A stretch of DNA of 63,981 nt, the filler included, from an uncultured bacterium (GTDB lineage Bacteria > CAYJOG01): the NCBI GenBank assembly GCA_964371695.1. It is 5 parts of 5 records of this genome, joined end to end, with 100 filler letters (N's around TTAATTAATTAA, not from the genome) between each part and the next. Parts side by side here need not be neighbours in the genome. Positions count along the whole stretch, not along the records: positions 1 to 13,202 come from CAYJOG010000033.1; 4 more parts are not named here. One strand, 5' to 3'. The notes under the pieces are model-generated. The model saw nothing but the letters and a program-made list of their open reading frames with translations, made no database searches and had not been told where the DNA came from. Both the position numbers and the translations under genes were made by a program. Shown here one piece after another: positions 1 to 9,169 of this stretch. How positions within the stretch are numbered: the stretch's first letter is position 1; the number at the start of each line of letters is the position of its first letter.

Positions 1-226
1 CCGTTGGCCCGGCGATCTGCACGCGGGTGCCCCCCACCAGCGACACCACCATCCCGGCCACGATGGCGGTGTAAAGCCCCTGCTCGGGCTTGGCCCCAGA
101 AGCAATGGCAAAGGCCATGGCCAGGGGCAGCGCCACCACCCCCACCAGCACACCAGCCGCCAGATTGGAGAGAAAGTGTTTTCTCTGAAACAGTCCGGCT
201 TTCCAGGCTTCTTCCAACGCGGTCAT
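1..226 (-). CDS. SulP-family anion permease, N-terminal fragment (runs off window)
   Basis: Manual translation from ATG at 226: MTALEEAWKAGLFQRKHFLSNLAAGVLVGVVALPLAMAFAIASGAKPEQGLYTAIVAGMVVSLVGGTRVQIAGPT, the SulP N-terminal signature. Not in the ORF track because there is no stop in the window. Confidence 0.9.
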   Translation of the reverse strand, partial: MTALEEAWKAGLFQRKHFLSNLAAGVLVGVVALPLAMAFAIASGAKPEQGLYTAIVAGMVVSLVGGTRVQIAGPT

Positions 227-332
227 TCTTTGACTTTCCTACCCCGCCAGGGGGTTACACGAAATTAACATGCCATGATAATAGGATGCCCATTATGCGC
301 TGCAAGGGGAAAACGGGCTTTTCCCTATCTAT

Positions 333-483
333 CAGGTTGTTGAGAAAGTCCGTCCTGGACTTTCTCAGTCCATTTTGCTCAAGCAAGGCTCTCGCAAAAT
401 GGCGCTTTTGCAGGGGTTTTTGAAACCCCCTGCAAGCGGCAAAATCCATCCATGGATTTTTCAGGGTGTTTATCAACATCCTG
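333..483. mobile_element. MITE-like element (family E) with imperfect terminal inverted repeats and internal hairpins
   Basis: Left end CAGGTTGTTGAGAAA vs reverse complement of right end CAGGATGTTGATAAA; internal hairpins TGAGAAAGTCC-GTCCT-GGACTTTCTCA, GCAGGGG...CCCCTGC and AAAATCCA-TCCA-TGGATTTT. Confidence 0.55.
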
Positions 484-615
484 CTATATTCCACCATCAG
501 GCCCTGATTTGACCGGGAAATCACAGGGAGGCTGCTCTGCCACAACCATTTTGGAGTAGGCGCGGTGTCCGCACTGCGCGCAGCCACAAGATAAATCAAG
601 GGTTTTTGTTTTTTA

Positions 616-798
616 GAGCCTGTTTATAAAGTCCGTCCTGGACTTTATAAACTTACCGCCAGCGGAGGCAAAGCCTCCTCGGCGGGCAAAAACCTCAGTG
701 TTTTCAACACTTCGGCTTTTGGGGCGGGACATCCATGTCCCGCAAGCGCCTGTTTCTATGACACCATGTTTCCCATGGCGCAATTTAGAAACAGGCTC
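616..798. mobile_element. 183-bp MITE (family A), TIR GAGCCTGTTT, TTA target duplication (IS5/IS1031-like ends)
   Basis: GAGCCTGTTT at 616-625 and AAACAGGCTC at 789-798, TTA on both sides (613-615, 799-801); homologous copies at 13303-13392, 60080-60516 and 61072-61254. Confidence 0.8.
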
Positions 799-965
799 TT
801 ACGGCGGTGGGAGTTCGAGCGGAGGCACTCTGGGTGCCCATTGGGGCACCCAGCCGCGAGAAGGCGATAGCCCGTCGCTGCTCCGTAAGATTAACGGCTA
901 TGCCCCTTTGGGGAGCGGGAACAAAGGGGTCGTTTCTTTTACCAACTTCCAGGTTCCAAGCCCGG

Positions 966-2195
966 TCAGGGATAAATCACCACCACTGGGTCCAGCAGTG
1001 TGCGGGGGGTGAGGTGAGGGGTGGTGGCGGAGGGTGTGGTGATGTCCCATTCCGGCGCGGGGTGGCGGAAGCCCTGGTTGTCCCACACGGTGTTTTTTTC
1101 GTCGCTGGCGAGAATCCACCGGGGCCGCCGGGCTTCCTGGCCCAGGGCAGACAGTTTGTCGGGCCGGGCCTGGGCAAAACCCGTGTCGGCGGGCAGGTAA
1201 GGATTGGGTGTGCCGGGAGGCGCTTCCAGCAGGGCGCTGAGGCCCTCCAGCGGCCCCCGCAACAGGGCGTGGTGCAGGGAGACGCCCCGCTGGTGCAGCA
1301 GCAGGGTGCGCTCGGTCCACTGGCCGGTTTTTTCGTCTGGCCACGGAAAACGCCCGTGCTGCACCGCCAGAAAGGGGCTGTCCCACCAGAACGCCGGCTC
1401 CACGGGCAACAGGCCCTTCATGGCCCGCACCGCCATCAGGGCCTGCGTGCCCAGCACCAGGCGGTTGCACAGGGCAAAGGTGCAGGCGGCCCCGGCGTGG
1501 CGCAGGGCGGCTCCCGCCTGGGGGCTGTGCAGCGGCAGGGGAACGGTGTCCGTGGTGGCGAAAACCCCCCGGCTGCCCGCCTGCACCGCCAGCATCAGGT
1601 CTCCGGCCACCAGGGTGGTTTCTGGCTCCTGGGTCTGTATCACCCGCGCCAGCATCACCCACTGGTTGCCGCGCCCCAGGGTGCCCAGGCGCTTGCCGAG
1701 CGCGCTCAGGGTGTCTTCTGGCAAGTCCAGCCGGTCGCTGAGGGGGTGCAGGCCGCGCCAGGGCAAAAGATGCTGGGGCACGGTGTGCAGGCCCATGTTG
1801 CGCATGGCCTCGCTGCCCGTGAGAAAAACTTCCTGCACGCCCCCCGCCGAGAGCACCATCTGACCGGCGGCTTTTTTGCCGTGGGGGCGGGCGACGGCCT
1901 CATAAAGCGTCTGGGCCAGTTTTTGTTCCTTGCGCACCAAGCGAATGTCTTTTTCCATGGGCAGCCGCCACAGCGACACGCCCAGGCCGGGGTCTGGCGC
2001 CAGCAGGGCCGGGAAGAAATGCCCCCGGTCGGGGTGGCTGGCCACGGCCACGCCCCAGGGCAGGCCCACCGACGGGCTGAGGTTGGACTGGAAGGAAAAA
2101 TGCGGCGACAGGCCACAATCCCCCGCCAGGGACTGAAGCGGTCCCAGCAGCGTCGCTCTTGTTCCGGTATTGACTGCTGCTGTCCCGTCGCTCAC
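966..2195 (-). CDS. Hypothetical protein (~409 aa)
   Basis: Long ORF; GTG at 2195 overlaps the TGA of the upstream DUF151 gene (GTGA coupling). No family recognised. Confidence 0.6.
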   Translation of the reverse strand: MSDGTAAVNTGTRATLLGPLQSLAGDCGLSPHFSFQSNLSPSVGLPWGVAVASHPDRGHFFPALLAPDPGLGVSLWRLPMEKDIRLVRKEQKLAQTLYEAVARPHGKKAAGQMVLSAGGVQEVFLTGSEAMRNMGLHTVPQHLLPWRGLHPLSDRLDLPEDTLSALGKRLGTLGRGNQWVMLARVIQTQEPETTLVAGDLMLAVQAGSRGVFATTDTVPLPLHSPQAGAALRHAGAACTFALCNRLVLGTQALMAVRAMKGLLPVEPAFWWDSPFLAVQHGRFPWPDEKTGQWTERTLLLHQRGVSLHHALLRGPLEGLSALLEAPPGTPNPYLPADTGFAQARPDKLSALGQEARRPRWILASDEKNTVWDNQGFRHPAPEWDITTPSATTPHLTPRTLLDPVVVIYP

Positions 2196-2713
2196 TGATC
2201 CATGAAATCCGACGGTTTGATGTTCTCGATGAAATCCTTGAACTTTTCCCGCTCTTCCTCTTCGTTTTCCGCTTCTTCGCCTTTTTCGTTGATGCGGTCG
2301 AGCGCGCTTTCGTCCAGCACGTCCTGGCTCACAAAAATGGGGCACTGCACCCGCACGGCCACCGCCAGGGCGTCAGAGGGGCGGCTGTCGATGGCCAGTT
2401 CGGGGCCGTCGTTTTTTTTCAGACTCAACTGGGCGTGAAACACTTTGTCCACAATACTGTGAATGGTCACCCGCACCACCGATTGGCCGCTTTCTTTAAG
2501 CACATTGGCGAGCAGATCATGTGTCATGGGGCGGGGGGTGATCTGTTTGTCCAGGGCCAGTTGAATGGCGGCGGCTTCGGGCATGCCAATCCAGATGGGC
2601 AAAAAACGGTGCGATTCTTCGTCGCGCAGAATCACCACCGGACTCTTCTGGATCAGGTCATAACGGATGCCCTCAATGAACATGCGCACCAACATGCCGC
2701 TTTCCTGGTTCAT
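2192..2713 (-). CDS. Bifunctional nuclease family protein (DUF151)
   Basis: Motifs PVVIL, LPIWIGMPEA, RPMTHDLL, IDSRPSDALAVA and C-terminal FIENIKPSDF. Confidence 0.93.
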   Translation of the reverse strand: MNQESGMLVRMFIEGIRYDLIQKSPVVILRDEESHRFLPIWIGMPEAAAIQLALDKQITPRPMTHDLLANVLKESGQSVVRVTIHSIVDKVFHAQLSLKKNDGPELAIDSRPSDALAVAVRVQCPIFVSQDVLDESALDRINEKGEEAENEEEEREKFKDFIENIKPSDFMDQ

Positions 2714-2797
2714 GTGGCCAGATTATAGGCGGGTCGGTGAAAAAACGGGGGGGTTTTGTGAGGCAAGTGGATGAATCAGACGCCGCAGGCAGGCTTT

Positions 2798-3058
2798 TCA
2801 GCCTTCTTTGTTCACCACATGCACCCGGCGTTTTGCCCGGCCTGCGTGGTCAAAGGTCACCACGCCATCGGCCGTGGCAAACAGGGTGAAGTCCTTGCCC
2901 ATGCCCACGTTGTCGCCGGGGTAAAACCGCGTGCCGCGCTGGCGGATGAGAATGTTGCCCGCCGCCACTTTTTCGCCGCCATAACGTTTCACGCCCAGAT
3001 ACTGCGGGTTGGAATCCCGACCGTTTTTGCTGGAGCCAAGACCTTTTTTGTGTGCCAT
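2798..3058 (-). CDS. rpmA: 50S ribosomal protein L27
   Basis: [24 protein letters not shown]...RQRGT; directly downstream of rplU. Confidence 0.99.
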   Translation of the reverse strand: MAHKKGLGSSKNGRDSNPQYLGVKRYGGEKVAAGNILIRQRGTRFYPGDNVGMGKDFTLFATADGVVTFDHAGRAKRRVHVVNKEG

Positions 3059-3070
3059 GACAACTTCTCC

Positions 3071-3388
3071 TTAATTCCCGGTGTTGACCGAGATCACCTT
3101 GAGCAGGGTGTATTTCTGCCGGTGGCCCTGATGATGGCGGATCCCTTTTTTGGGCTTGAAGGTGCTGATGCGGATTTTTTCGCCCTTGGTCTGGGCCAGC
3201 ACCTGGGTTTTGACAGAGGCGCCTTCTATTGTGGGAGCGCCGAACTGGCTGCCTGGGCCATCCAGCAATGCCAGCACTTCCGTAATCACCACTTCCTGGC
3301 CTGCCTCGGCGTCGAGTTTCTCTACAGAAATCTCGTCGCCTTCTTTGACGATGAACTGCTTTGCTCCGGTCTGAATCACGGCCTGCAT
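3071..3388 (-). CDS. rplU: 50S ribosomal protein L21
   Basis: AVIQTGAKQFIVKEGD...GHRQKYT; GGAGG RBS upstream. Confidence 0.98.
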   Translation of the reverse strand: MQAVIQTGAKQFIVKEGDEISVEKLDAEAGQEVVITEVLALLDGPGSQFGAPTIEGASVKTQVLAQTKGEKIRISTFKPKKGIRHHQGHRQKYTLLKVISVNTGN

Positions 3389-3433
3389 AACGCCTCCTGT
3401 TGCCCCAGCGAAAGACGGGGCGGGCAGAAGATG

Positions 3434-4438
3434 TTAATGACGGGTCAAAAACATGTCAATGGCCTTTACGGCCCAGGGGGGAAGTTCCTGAAGTTTGGCC
3501 CGGCGGGCCTCGCGGGCGGCGGCAAAAATCTCTCCCAGAGACCGCTGGGGCGCATAACCCGTGGTTTCGCGCAACAGGCCGTCGTCTACCGTGCAGGGAT
3601 ATTTCAGAAAATCCAGGCTGGTGGGGGGGAAAGGAAACACATGGCGGCGAAAAAGAGACCCCACTGCCTGGCGCAGGGGGGTCTCTGGCAGCGCCAGGGG
3701 CACGGCCCCGCATTCCCGCACCGCCACCGAAAGCGGCACGGCTCCTGGCCCCGACACGTTGAACACCCCCCGCACGCCGGGCTTGAGGGTGGCGGCCACG
3801 GCGGCGCTCAGGTCTTCTTCGTGCAGAAACTGGCACATGGGGTCAAACCCCAGGGGCGTGACCACCACGGGGCTGAGCAAAAACTGGCCAATGGCGCTGT
3901 GAACATGGGTGCCCAGGGTGTTCACAGGCCGCAAAATCACGGTTTCGAGCTGGGGGTATTTCCACAGATACATGCTGGCCAGTGAGTCCACCTCTACCAG
4001 ATCGCGAATATAGGGATTGGTGCGGGCGGCGTTCAGCGGGGCGGTTTCGTCCATGTAAAGCGGGTTTTCCGCAAAAGCGCCATACACATAGCTGCTTGAG
4101 AAAATGATCATCTTTTTCACGCCATGGTTGATGCAGAGGTCCAGCAGGCGGCGGGTGCCCTCCACATTCACGCGGTGGCGGGTGGCCGAATCGGTGCGAA
4201 AATGCCGCACCTGCGCCAAGTGAATCACCGCGTCGGGCCGCACGGCCCGCACCTGGTTTTCGCCCTTGCGACTCATGATGTCCGCCAGGTGAAAATGCAC
4301 GTCAGGCAACGGCTCGGCGGGCGTGGCGCGGTCAAAACCATGCACCTCGAAGTCATCCTTGAGCAGGGCCGACAACAGACGCCCCTGGCCTCCGCTGACA
4401 CCGGTGATCAGCAGGCGAGGTTTGGCGGCGGCGGGCAT
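3434..4438 (-). CDS. NAD-dependent epimerase/dehydratase (extended SDR)
   Basis: LLITGVSGGQG Rossmann motif, VIHLA, NVEGT, FSSSYVYG. Confidence 0.88.
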   Translation of the reverse strand: MPAAAKPRLLITGVSGGQGRLLSALLKDDFEVHGFDRATPAEPLPDVHFHLADIMSRKGENQVRAVRPDAVIHLAQVRHFRTDSATRHRVNVEGTRRLLDLCINHGVKKMIIFSSSYVYGAFAENPLYMDETAPLNAARTNPYIRDLVEVDSLASMYLWKYPQLETVILRPVNTLGTHVHSAIGQFLLSPVVVTPLGFDPMCQFLHEEDLSAAVAATLKPGVRGVFNVSGPGAVPLSVAVRECGAVPLALPETPLRQAVGSLFRRHVFPFPPTSLDFLKYPCTVDDGLLRETTGYAPQRSLGEIFAAAREARRAKLQELPPWAVKAIDMFLTRH

Positions 4439-4492
4439 GGGGGGATTATAACCGGGTGGTTCGGATAGAAAACGGTGATGCGGACATCGCCG

Positions 4493-5092
4493 CTACACCA
4501 CTTCAACAAACCCCGCTTCTCCCAAAGGCGCATAGGTGACACCACGGGGTTCCGGCTCTGACGAAAAAAGCGTTACGCCCTGCACCTGCCACAAAGAGTT
4601 CTCAGGCCACTGGGGCCAGACCACCTTTTTCTCTGCGCGACCGGGCCAGTTTTCTCCCCGGTGCCGCGCCAGTGTGACATGGGGCCTGAGGGGCGGGCCA
4701 AACCGCTCGCCCTTCACATTGGGCGTGAGCGACAACAGGGTTTGATGCAGGGCGTCCAGCGCTTCGCTGGGGTTCCACTCCAGCCACACCATGGTGGGTT
4801 TTTGTCGGTTGGGGGCCATTCCCACGCGGGGGCCTGAGAGTGAAAACGGTTTTTGGCCCGCCAGCAGCCGGGTGGCCTCGGTCAGCAACGGGGGAGCATT
4901 TCCTGCAGGGACATTGCCCAGAAACAACACCGTCAGATGCCAGTTGCGGGGCGCAGTCCAGCGCCAGTCCCGGCGAAAAAGTGGTGAGCCTCCCGGCCGG
5001 GTCATCTCCTGCAGGCCCGGCAGCAGGTCTGCCGGAAACGTCACGCCCCAGAAAAGCCGCAACGGGTCTGAACTGGTTTGGTCCTTGTCCAT
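4493..5092 (-). CDS. thpR: RNA 2',3'-cyclic phosphodiesterase (2H family)
   Basis: RLFWG start and two HxT motifs (HLTV, HVTL); start moved to ATG 5092. Confidence 0.88.
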   Translation of the reverse strand: MDKDQTSSDPLRLFWGVTFPADLLPGLQEMTRPGGSPLFRRDWRWTAPRNWHLTVLFLGNVPAGNAPPLLTEATRLLAGQKPFSLSGPRVGMAPNRQKPTMVWLEWNPSEALDALHQTLLSLTPNVKGERFGPPLRPHVTLARHRGENWPGRAEKKVVWPQWPENSLWQVQGVTLFSSEPEPRGVTYAPLGEAGFVEVV

Positions 5093-5125
5093 GCCGGTGC
5101 ATCTTACGAGAGTTATAATTGATCT

Positions 5126-5704
5126 ATGCCGCCCTTTGTGGACATCACGCTGGGGCGTGTGCAAAAGTCGCCCGCCCAATCGCCCAAGGCCGCTTCTCAG
5201 GCCGGGGCAGCCCCTGCCGAGGCGCGCCACCAGCGGCCCGCCCACCTCACCAACAGTGTTTACGCTTCGTTTCGTCAGGCCATCGCCCAGGGCGAAGCCG
5301 ACCTGCGCAAGGGCAAGGCCACCGCTTATCGCCGCCACCTGCGCAAACTGGGGCTGATGGACATCGAAGAACTCACCCTGCTGCCCCACGACACCGACGA
5401 CGACGTGTTCACCGCCGTGTATGACACGCTGGACACCTGGCCCCAGGAGTCCTCTTTTTTCGTGCTGCAGCAGCTGCTGAACGGCGGTCACGACACCACC
5501 CCCTGGGGCAGGACGCCCCCCGCGCCGCTTGGCAGCGCCGAGGCCACGCGCCTGTGGCTGGGCAATCAGGAAAAAGCCATTGACGAGGCCGTGGCGGGTG
5601 ATCACTCCGCCGAATCCCGCCTGTGGATGGTGAGCCGCCAGCGGGAGTTCCGTGAAATCCGCGAACGTCTGGAAGACCTGTTGACCGATCTGGACAGACT
5701 GTGA
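5126..5704 (+). CDS. Hypothetical protein
   Basis: 192-aa ORF with host-like codon usage; stop overlaps next start (GTGA). Confidence 0.7.
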   Translation: MPPFVDITLGRVQKSPAQSPKAASQAGAAPAEARHQRPAHLTNSVYASFRQAIAQGEADLRKGKATAYRRHLRKLGLMDIEELTLLPHDTDDDVFTAVYDTLDTWPQESSFFVLQQLLNGGHDTTPWGRTPPAPLGSAEATRLWLGNQEKAIDEAVAGDHSAESRLWMVSRQREFREIRERLEDLLTDLDRL

Positions 5705-6261
5705 AAACGCCCGCTCAACCCCCTGTTTCTTTTGGCCTGTTCAGCGCGATTTTGCGCAGAGACGTACACATGGGCGGCCTGCTGGTGCTGGACACCCTGG
5801 CCCTGCCCCTGGCTTTTCACCACACCCAGCCCTATCGCCCCAGCACCATCGGGCGGTTGCTGATGGGCACCAAAGACAACACCTTTGTGCGCGCCCGCGT
5901 GTTGTTGCCCGCCCTGATGCAGACGCTGGCGGCCCCGCCCACCCTGTTGCTGATGCACGACAAAACCACCTTCGAGGCACTCACGCCAGAGTTCCTCGCG
6001 GCCCAGCCCACGCTGCTGATTGCCGAGGGAAAGGGTGACCCGTTGCCCAGCCCCGGCGACCAGACCCCCCAGGAAGACGGCAGCCTGCTGGCCCAGCTCT
6101 ATGACGTGGGGCCGCCCCTGCACCTGTGGGGCGAGAACGCCGCCCAGTGGATAGATCCCCTCATGGCCTTTGCCCGCCACGGTGATTTCACCGAAACCTT
6201 CAGCCACATCGATCAGGCCCTGCAAACCCAGTTTGACGAAGAAGTGCGGAAAGAGGGCTAA
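5701..6261 (+). CDS. Conserved hypothetical protein (GGxLVL..xPLxFHxT.PxRP motif)
   Basis: Coupled ORF; motif resembles an uncharacterised family I recall from Planctomycetota and other lineages. Confidence 0.7.
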   Translation: MKTPAQPPVSFGLFSAILRRDVHMGGLLVLDTLALPLAFHHTQPYRPSTIGRLLMGTKDNTFVRARVLLPALMQTLAAPPTLLLMHDKTTFEALTPEFLAAQPTLLIAEGKGDPLPSPGDQTPQEDGSLLAQLYDVGPPLHLWGENAAQWIDPLMAFARHGDFTETFSHIDQALQTQFDEEVRKEG

Positions 6262-6263
6262 GC

Positions 6264-6710
6264 GTGGCGCTGCGCGTGAGCAAGAATCTGCTGGAGCCGC
6301 CAGCCCTGGTGGTGAAACCGGTGGCGCTGTTTCCGCTTTCACCGCTGGAAGTGGAAACCGTATCGCCCGCGCCGCTGAAGGCGCAGGTAGAGACGGTTTC
6401 ACAGTTTCCGCCAGACTTTCCCTTTGCCCGACTCACCCGCCCGCTCAAACACGTCAGTCCCCACGAGGAACATCTCCTTCCCGATGAAGACGCCATTCTG
6501 CTGGGGTTTTTCCATGACGTGCCGGTGGGTCAGGGCGTGGTGCTGAAGGTGGCGGGCGAAAACCGCCTGCACATCCGTCTGAGCCGCCCAGGCCCCGGAC
6601 GGGGATGGGAGCGGGTGACCCATCTGGCCCTGACGCGTCACGAAAAAACCATGGCGCAGCAATTGTGGGACACCTCCGCCACGCCCTGGCGGGTGCTGCA
6701 AAAATCGTGA
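6264..6710 (+). CDS. Hypothetical protein
   Basis: 148-aa ORF starting 2 nt after previous stop; no family recognised. Confidence 0.5.
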   Translation: MALRVSKNLLEPPALVVKPVALFPLSPLEVETVSPAPLKAQVETVSQFPPDFPFARLTRPLKHVSPHEEHLLPDEDAILLGFFHDVPVGQGVVLKVAGENRLHIRLSRPGPGRGWERVTHLALTRHEKTMAQQLWDTSATPWRVLQKS

Positions 6711-6757
6711 CGACCGTAACAATTCGCCGTCACGGGGAGATTTATACTTTTCGGGTG

Positions 6758-8821
6758 ATGCAAATACGGGCGCGGGCCAGGGGGTATGTGTGGGGGGCGT
6801 TGAGCCTGTTTTTGTTTCCGATCCATGCGTCGGCGCACCCTTTGGACAAAGTGGAAAAACTGGCCCGCACCGCCAGCCTGAGCGGCGACACGTTATGGCG
6901 TTACAGAATCCTGGGTGTGTATGCGCCACAGCAATTGCCCAAGGCTTTTCAGGATGCTGCGCCCACGCGGGAAACCACCCTCACGCGACTGGAACTTTTC
7001 AAGGCGCGGGACAGCCTGAGCGCCGAAAACCGCGCTCTGCTGGACAGCTTCACCGCCCGGCGCAGCGCCCTGGCAGATGGCGAAGACATCACACTCAGCG
7101 GCCCCGCCGTGTTTCTGGACGTGGGAACTTACCGGGTGCATTACACCCAGCAGGGGCAGGACACGGCTTCTGCCGAGGTGCTGGCCAATGTTTCGGGCGT
7201 CATTCAGCAGACCCTGACTGCGCAGCGGGACACCCTGGGTTACACCCTGCCCCCCGTTGCCGAAGACGGGCGTTATCACGTTTACCTGTCCGACAAAGAA
7301 GGCGGCCAGTCGGGTGTTTATGGATATGTGCAGCCCTATGAGGTGGTGAACGACAACCCCAACAGCGCCACCGTGACCGAAACCGCCGCCATGCGCAGCT
7401 ACATGGTGCTGGACAACGATTTTTCGCCAGATCAGTTTCAGGGCAATGCGCTGGACAACCTCAAGATTACCTTCGCCCACGAGCATTACCATTCCATCCA
7501 GTTCGGTTATACCAATTTTGGCGTGAACACCGGCCCGCCCCTGGTGTGGACGTTGGAAAGCGGCGCCACCTGGATGGAAACCAAGGTTTATCCCGACCTG
7601 TTCGGAAACTATCTGGAATACGCCGACAACATCCTGGGTTTCCCCCAGTTGAACTTTTTCACCGTGGGGGGCGACACGGCCCCCCGGCTACGGCAATACG
7701 CCAGTTTTCTGGTGCATGTTTATGTGGATGAACACGACCCCAAGGGCACCGCCATGCAAAAGTCCATCCTCAGCCGCGCCGTGGCCTCGCCCGACACCAG
7801 CCCGCTGGATCATTTTGTAAACGCCCTGACACAGGAGACGGGTTTTGTCTCTCTCGGTGCGCTGGTGCAGGAACTCACCGTGGCCTGGGTGCTGCACACC
7901 CCCAACCACACCAGCGGCAGATACACGTTCAAAAACGCGGCCCAACTGGTGGACGGCGGCGGCGCGCCCCTGTCTGTGCCGCTGAACTCAGGCAACCTGG
8001 CCGCCGCACCCCTGGGGGCGGACTATGCCCGTTTTGAAGTGCCGGAAGGCTCGCTCACCAAACTCACCCTGAATACCGAAGGGAATTTTTCCGTGGCCGT
8101 GGTGACGGTGGAAGGCGATGATTTTTCCAAGGCTGTGGTGAGCGCCGAAAGCGTTGTTTCCTCTGACAAAAGCGCTTCGCTGGAGCTGAAAAAGGGCGTG
8201 CATTATCTGCGGGCGCTGAACACCAGCACCAGTTACACCAGCACCCAGCAGGCCATTCTTTCGGTGAACAGCGAAACGGTGGAAGACCCCGGCGGGGCGC
8301 TCGCCTGTCACCCCGCCTGCACCCTGAGCCTGACGGTGGACCTGATTGCCGCCGCCAAAAACCTGGGGCAGACGGCCCCCGACGTGCTGGTGGACGTGGT
8401 GAAAACCGGCGACACCGCCGTGTCGTGTCTCAAGACCCCCATGGCCGCACCGGCCAAGGGGGGCATCACGCTCAGCCTGGACACCACGCTTTGCCCCGGC
8501 AGCACGCCGGTGAATCTGGTGCTCAAGAACATCCCCGCCGGTTTCACCCGCTCGGCCCAGGGCAGTTTTGACTGTCAGAAATCGGCGGCGCTTTCTGCGC
8601 TGGTGGCGGCGGAAAGCTCCCTGTGTGAACTGGCCACGCCCGCCACCGCAGGCGACGCCAACGGCGACACCAAAATTGATCTGAAAGACCTGGGCGTGAT
8701 CAAACAGAAGTTTGGTCAACAGCCCGGCGGACAGGACGCCGCTGATTTCAACGGCGACGGAAAGATTGACCTGAAGGACCTGGGTGTGCTGAAAAAGTAT
8801 TTCAACTTCAAGGTGGATTAG
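6758..8821 (+). CDS. Secreted HExxH metallopeptidase-like protein with C-terminal dockerin-like domain
   Basis: Signal-like N-terminus ending IHASA; FAHEHYHSIQFGY followed by WTLESGATWME; duplicated GDANGDTKIDLKDLG / ADFNGDGKIDLKDLG Ca-loop repeats. Confidence 0.82.
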   Translation: MQIRARARGYVWGALSLFLFPIHASAHPLDKVEKLARTASLSGDTLWRYRILGVYAPQQLPKAFQDAAPTRETTLTRLELFKARDSLSAENRALLDSFTARRSALADGEDITLSGPAVFLDVGTYRVHYTQQGQDTASAEVLANVSGVIQQTLTAQRDTLGYTLPPVAEDGRYHVYLSDKEGGQSGVYGYVQPYEVVNDNPNSATVTETAAMRSYMVLDNDFSPDQFQGNALDNLKITFAHEHYHSIQFGYTNFGVNTGPPLVWTLESGATWMETKVYPDLFGNYLEYADNILGFPQLNFFTVGGDTAPRLRQYASFLVHVYVDEHDPKGTAMQKSILSRAVASPDTSPLDHFVNALTQETGFVSLGALVQELTVAWVLHTPNHTSGRYTFKNAAQLVDGGGAPLSVPLNSGNLAAAPLGADYARFEVPEGSLTKLTLNTEGNFSVAVVTVEGDDFSKAVVSAESVVSSDKSASLELKKGVHYLRALNTSTSYTSTQQAILSVNSETVEDPGGALACHPACTLSLTVDLIAAAKNLGQTAPDVLVDVVKTGDTAVSCLKTPMAAPAKGGITLSLDTTLCPGSTPVNLVLKNIPAGFTRSAQGSFDCQKSAALSALVAAESSLCELATPATAGDANGDTKIDLKDLGVIKQKFGQQPGGQDAADFNGDGKIDLKDLGVLKKYFNFKVD

Positions 8822-8853
8822 AGCAAAGCTAGCCTTAATGAAGGCTCGAAAAA

Positions 8854-9030
8854 TGCCCTCTCCCTCAGGGAGAGGGCAGCCGAGGGTTGAGCAAGCGAAA
8901 CCCAAGGCGGGTGAGGGGGAACGGTTTGCTAAAAAAGCCGTTGTTGTAACAAGTGTTTTCTTTCCCCCTCACCCGGACATGGCTTCGTTTTCACTTAGCC
9001 ATGTCCCGCCCTCTCCCTCAGGGAGAGGGC
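8854..9030. repeat. Inverted pair of BoxC-like palindromic units (family C)
   Basis: GCCCTCTCCCTCAGGGAGAGGGC hairpins at both ends with GGGTGAGGG / CCCTCACCC between them. Confidence 0.85.
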
Positions 9031-9169
9031 AAATAAAAACACCTCGTTAATCCAGAGCCTTTTCTCGGCATCTCGCCGCAGCGATGCGCAAGCACTGGCA
9101 GAGCCGCGAACCGCTTTTATAATGCCGCCTCCAAACGCCGGGGCTTTCGTCGCCCCCAGGAGGCCGACA

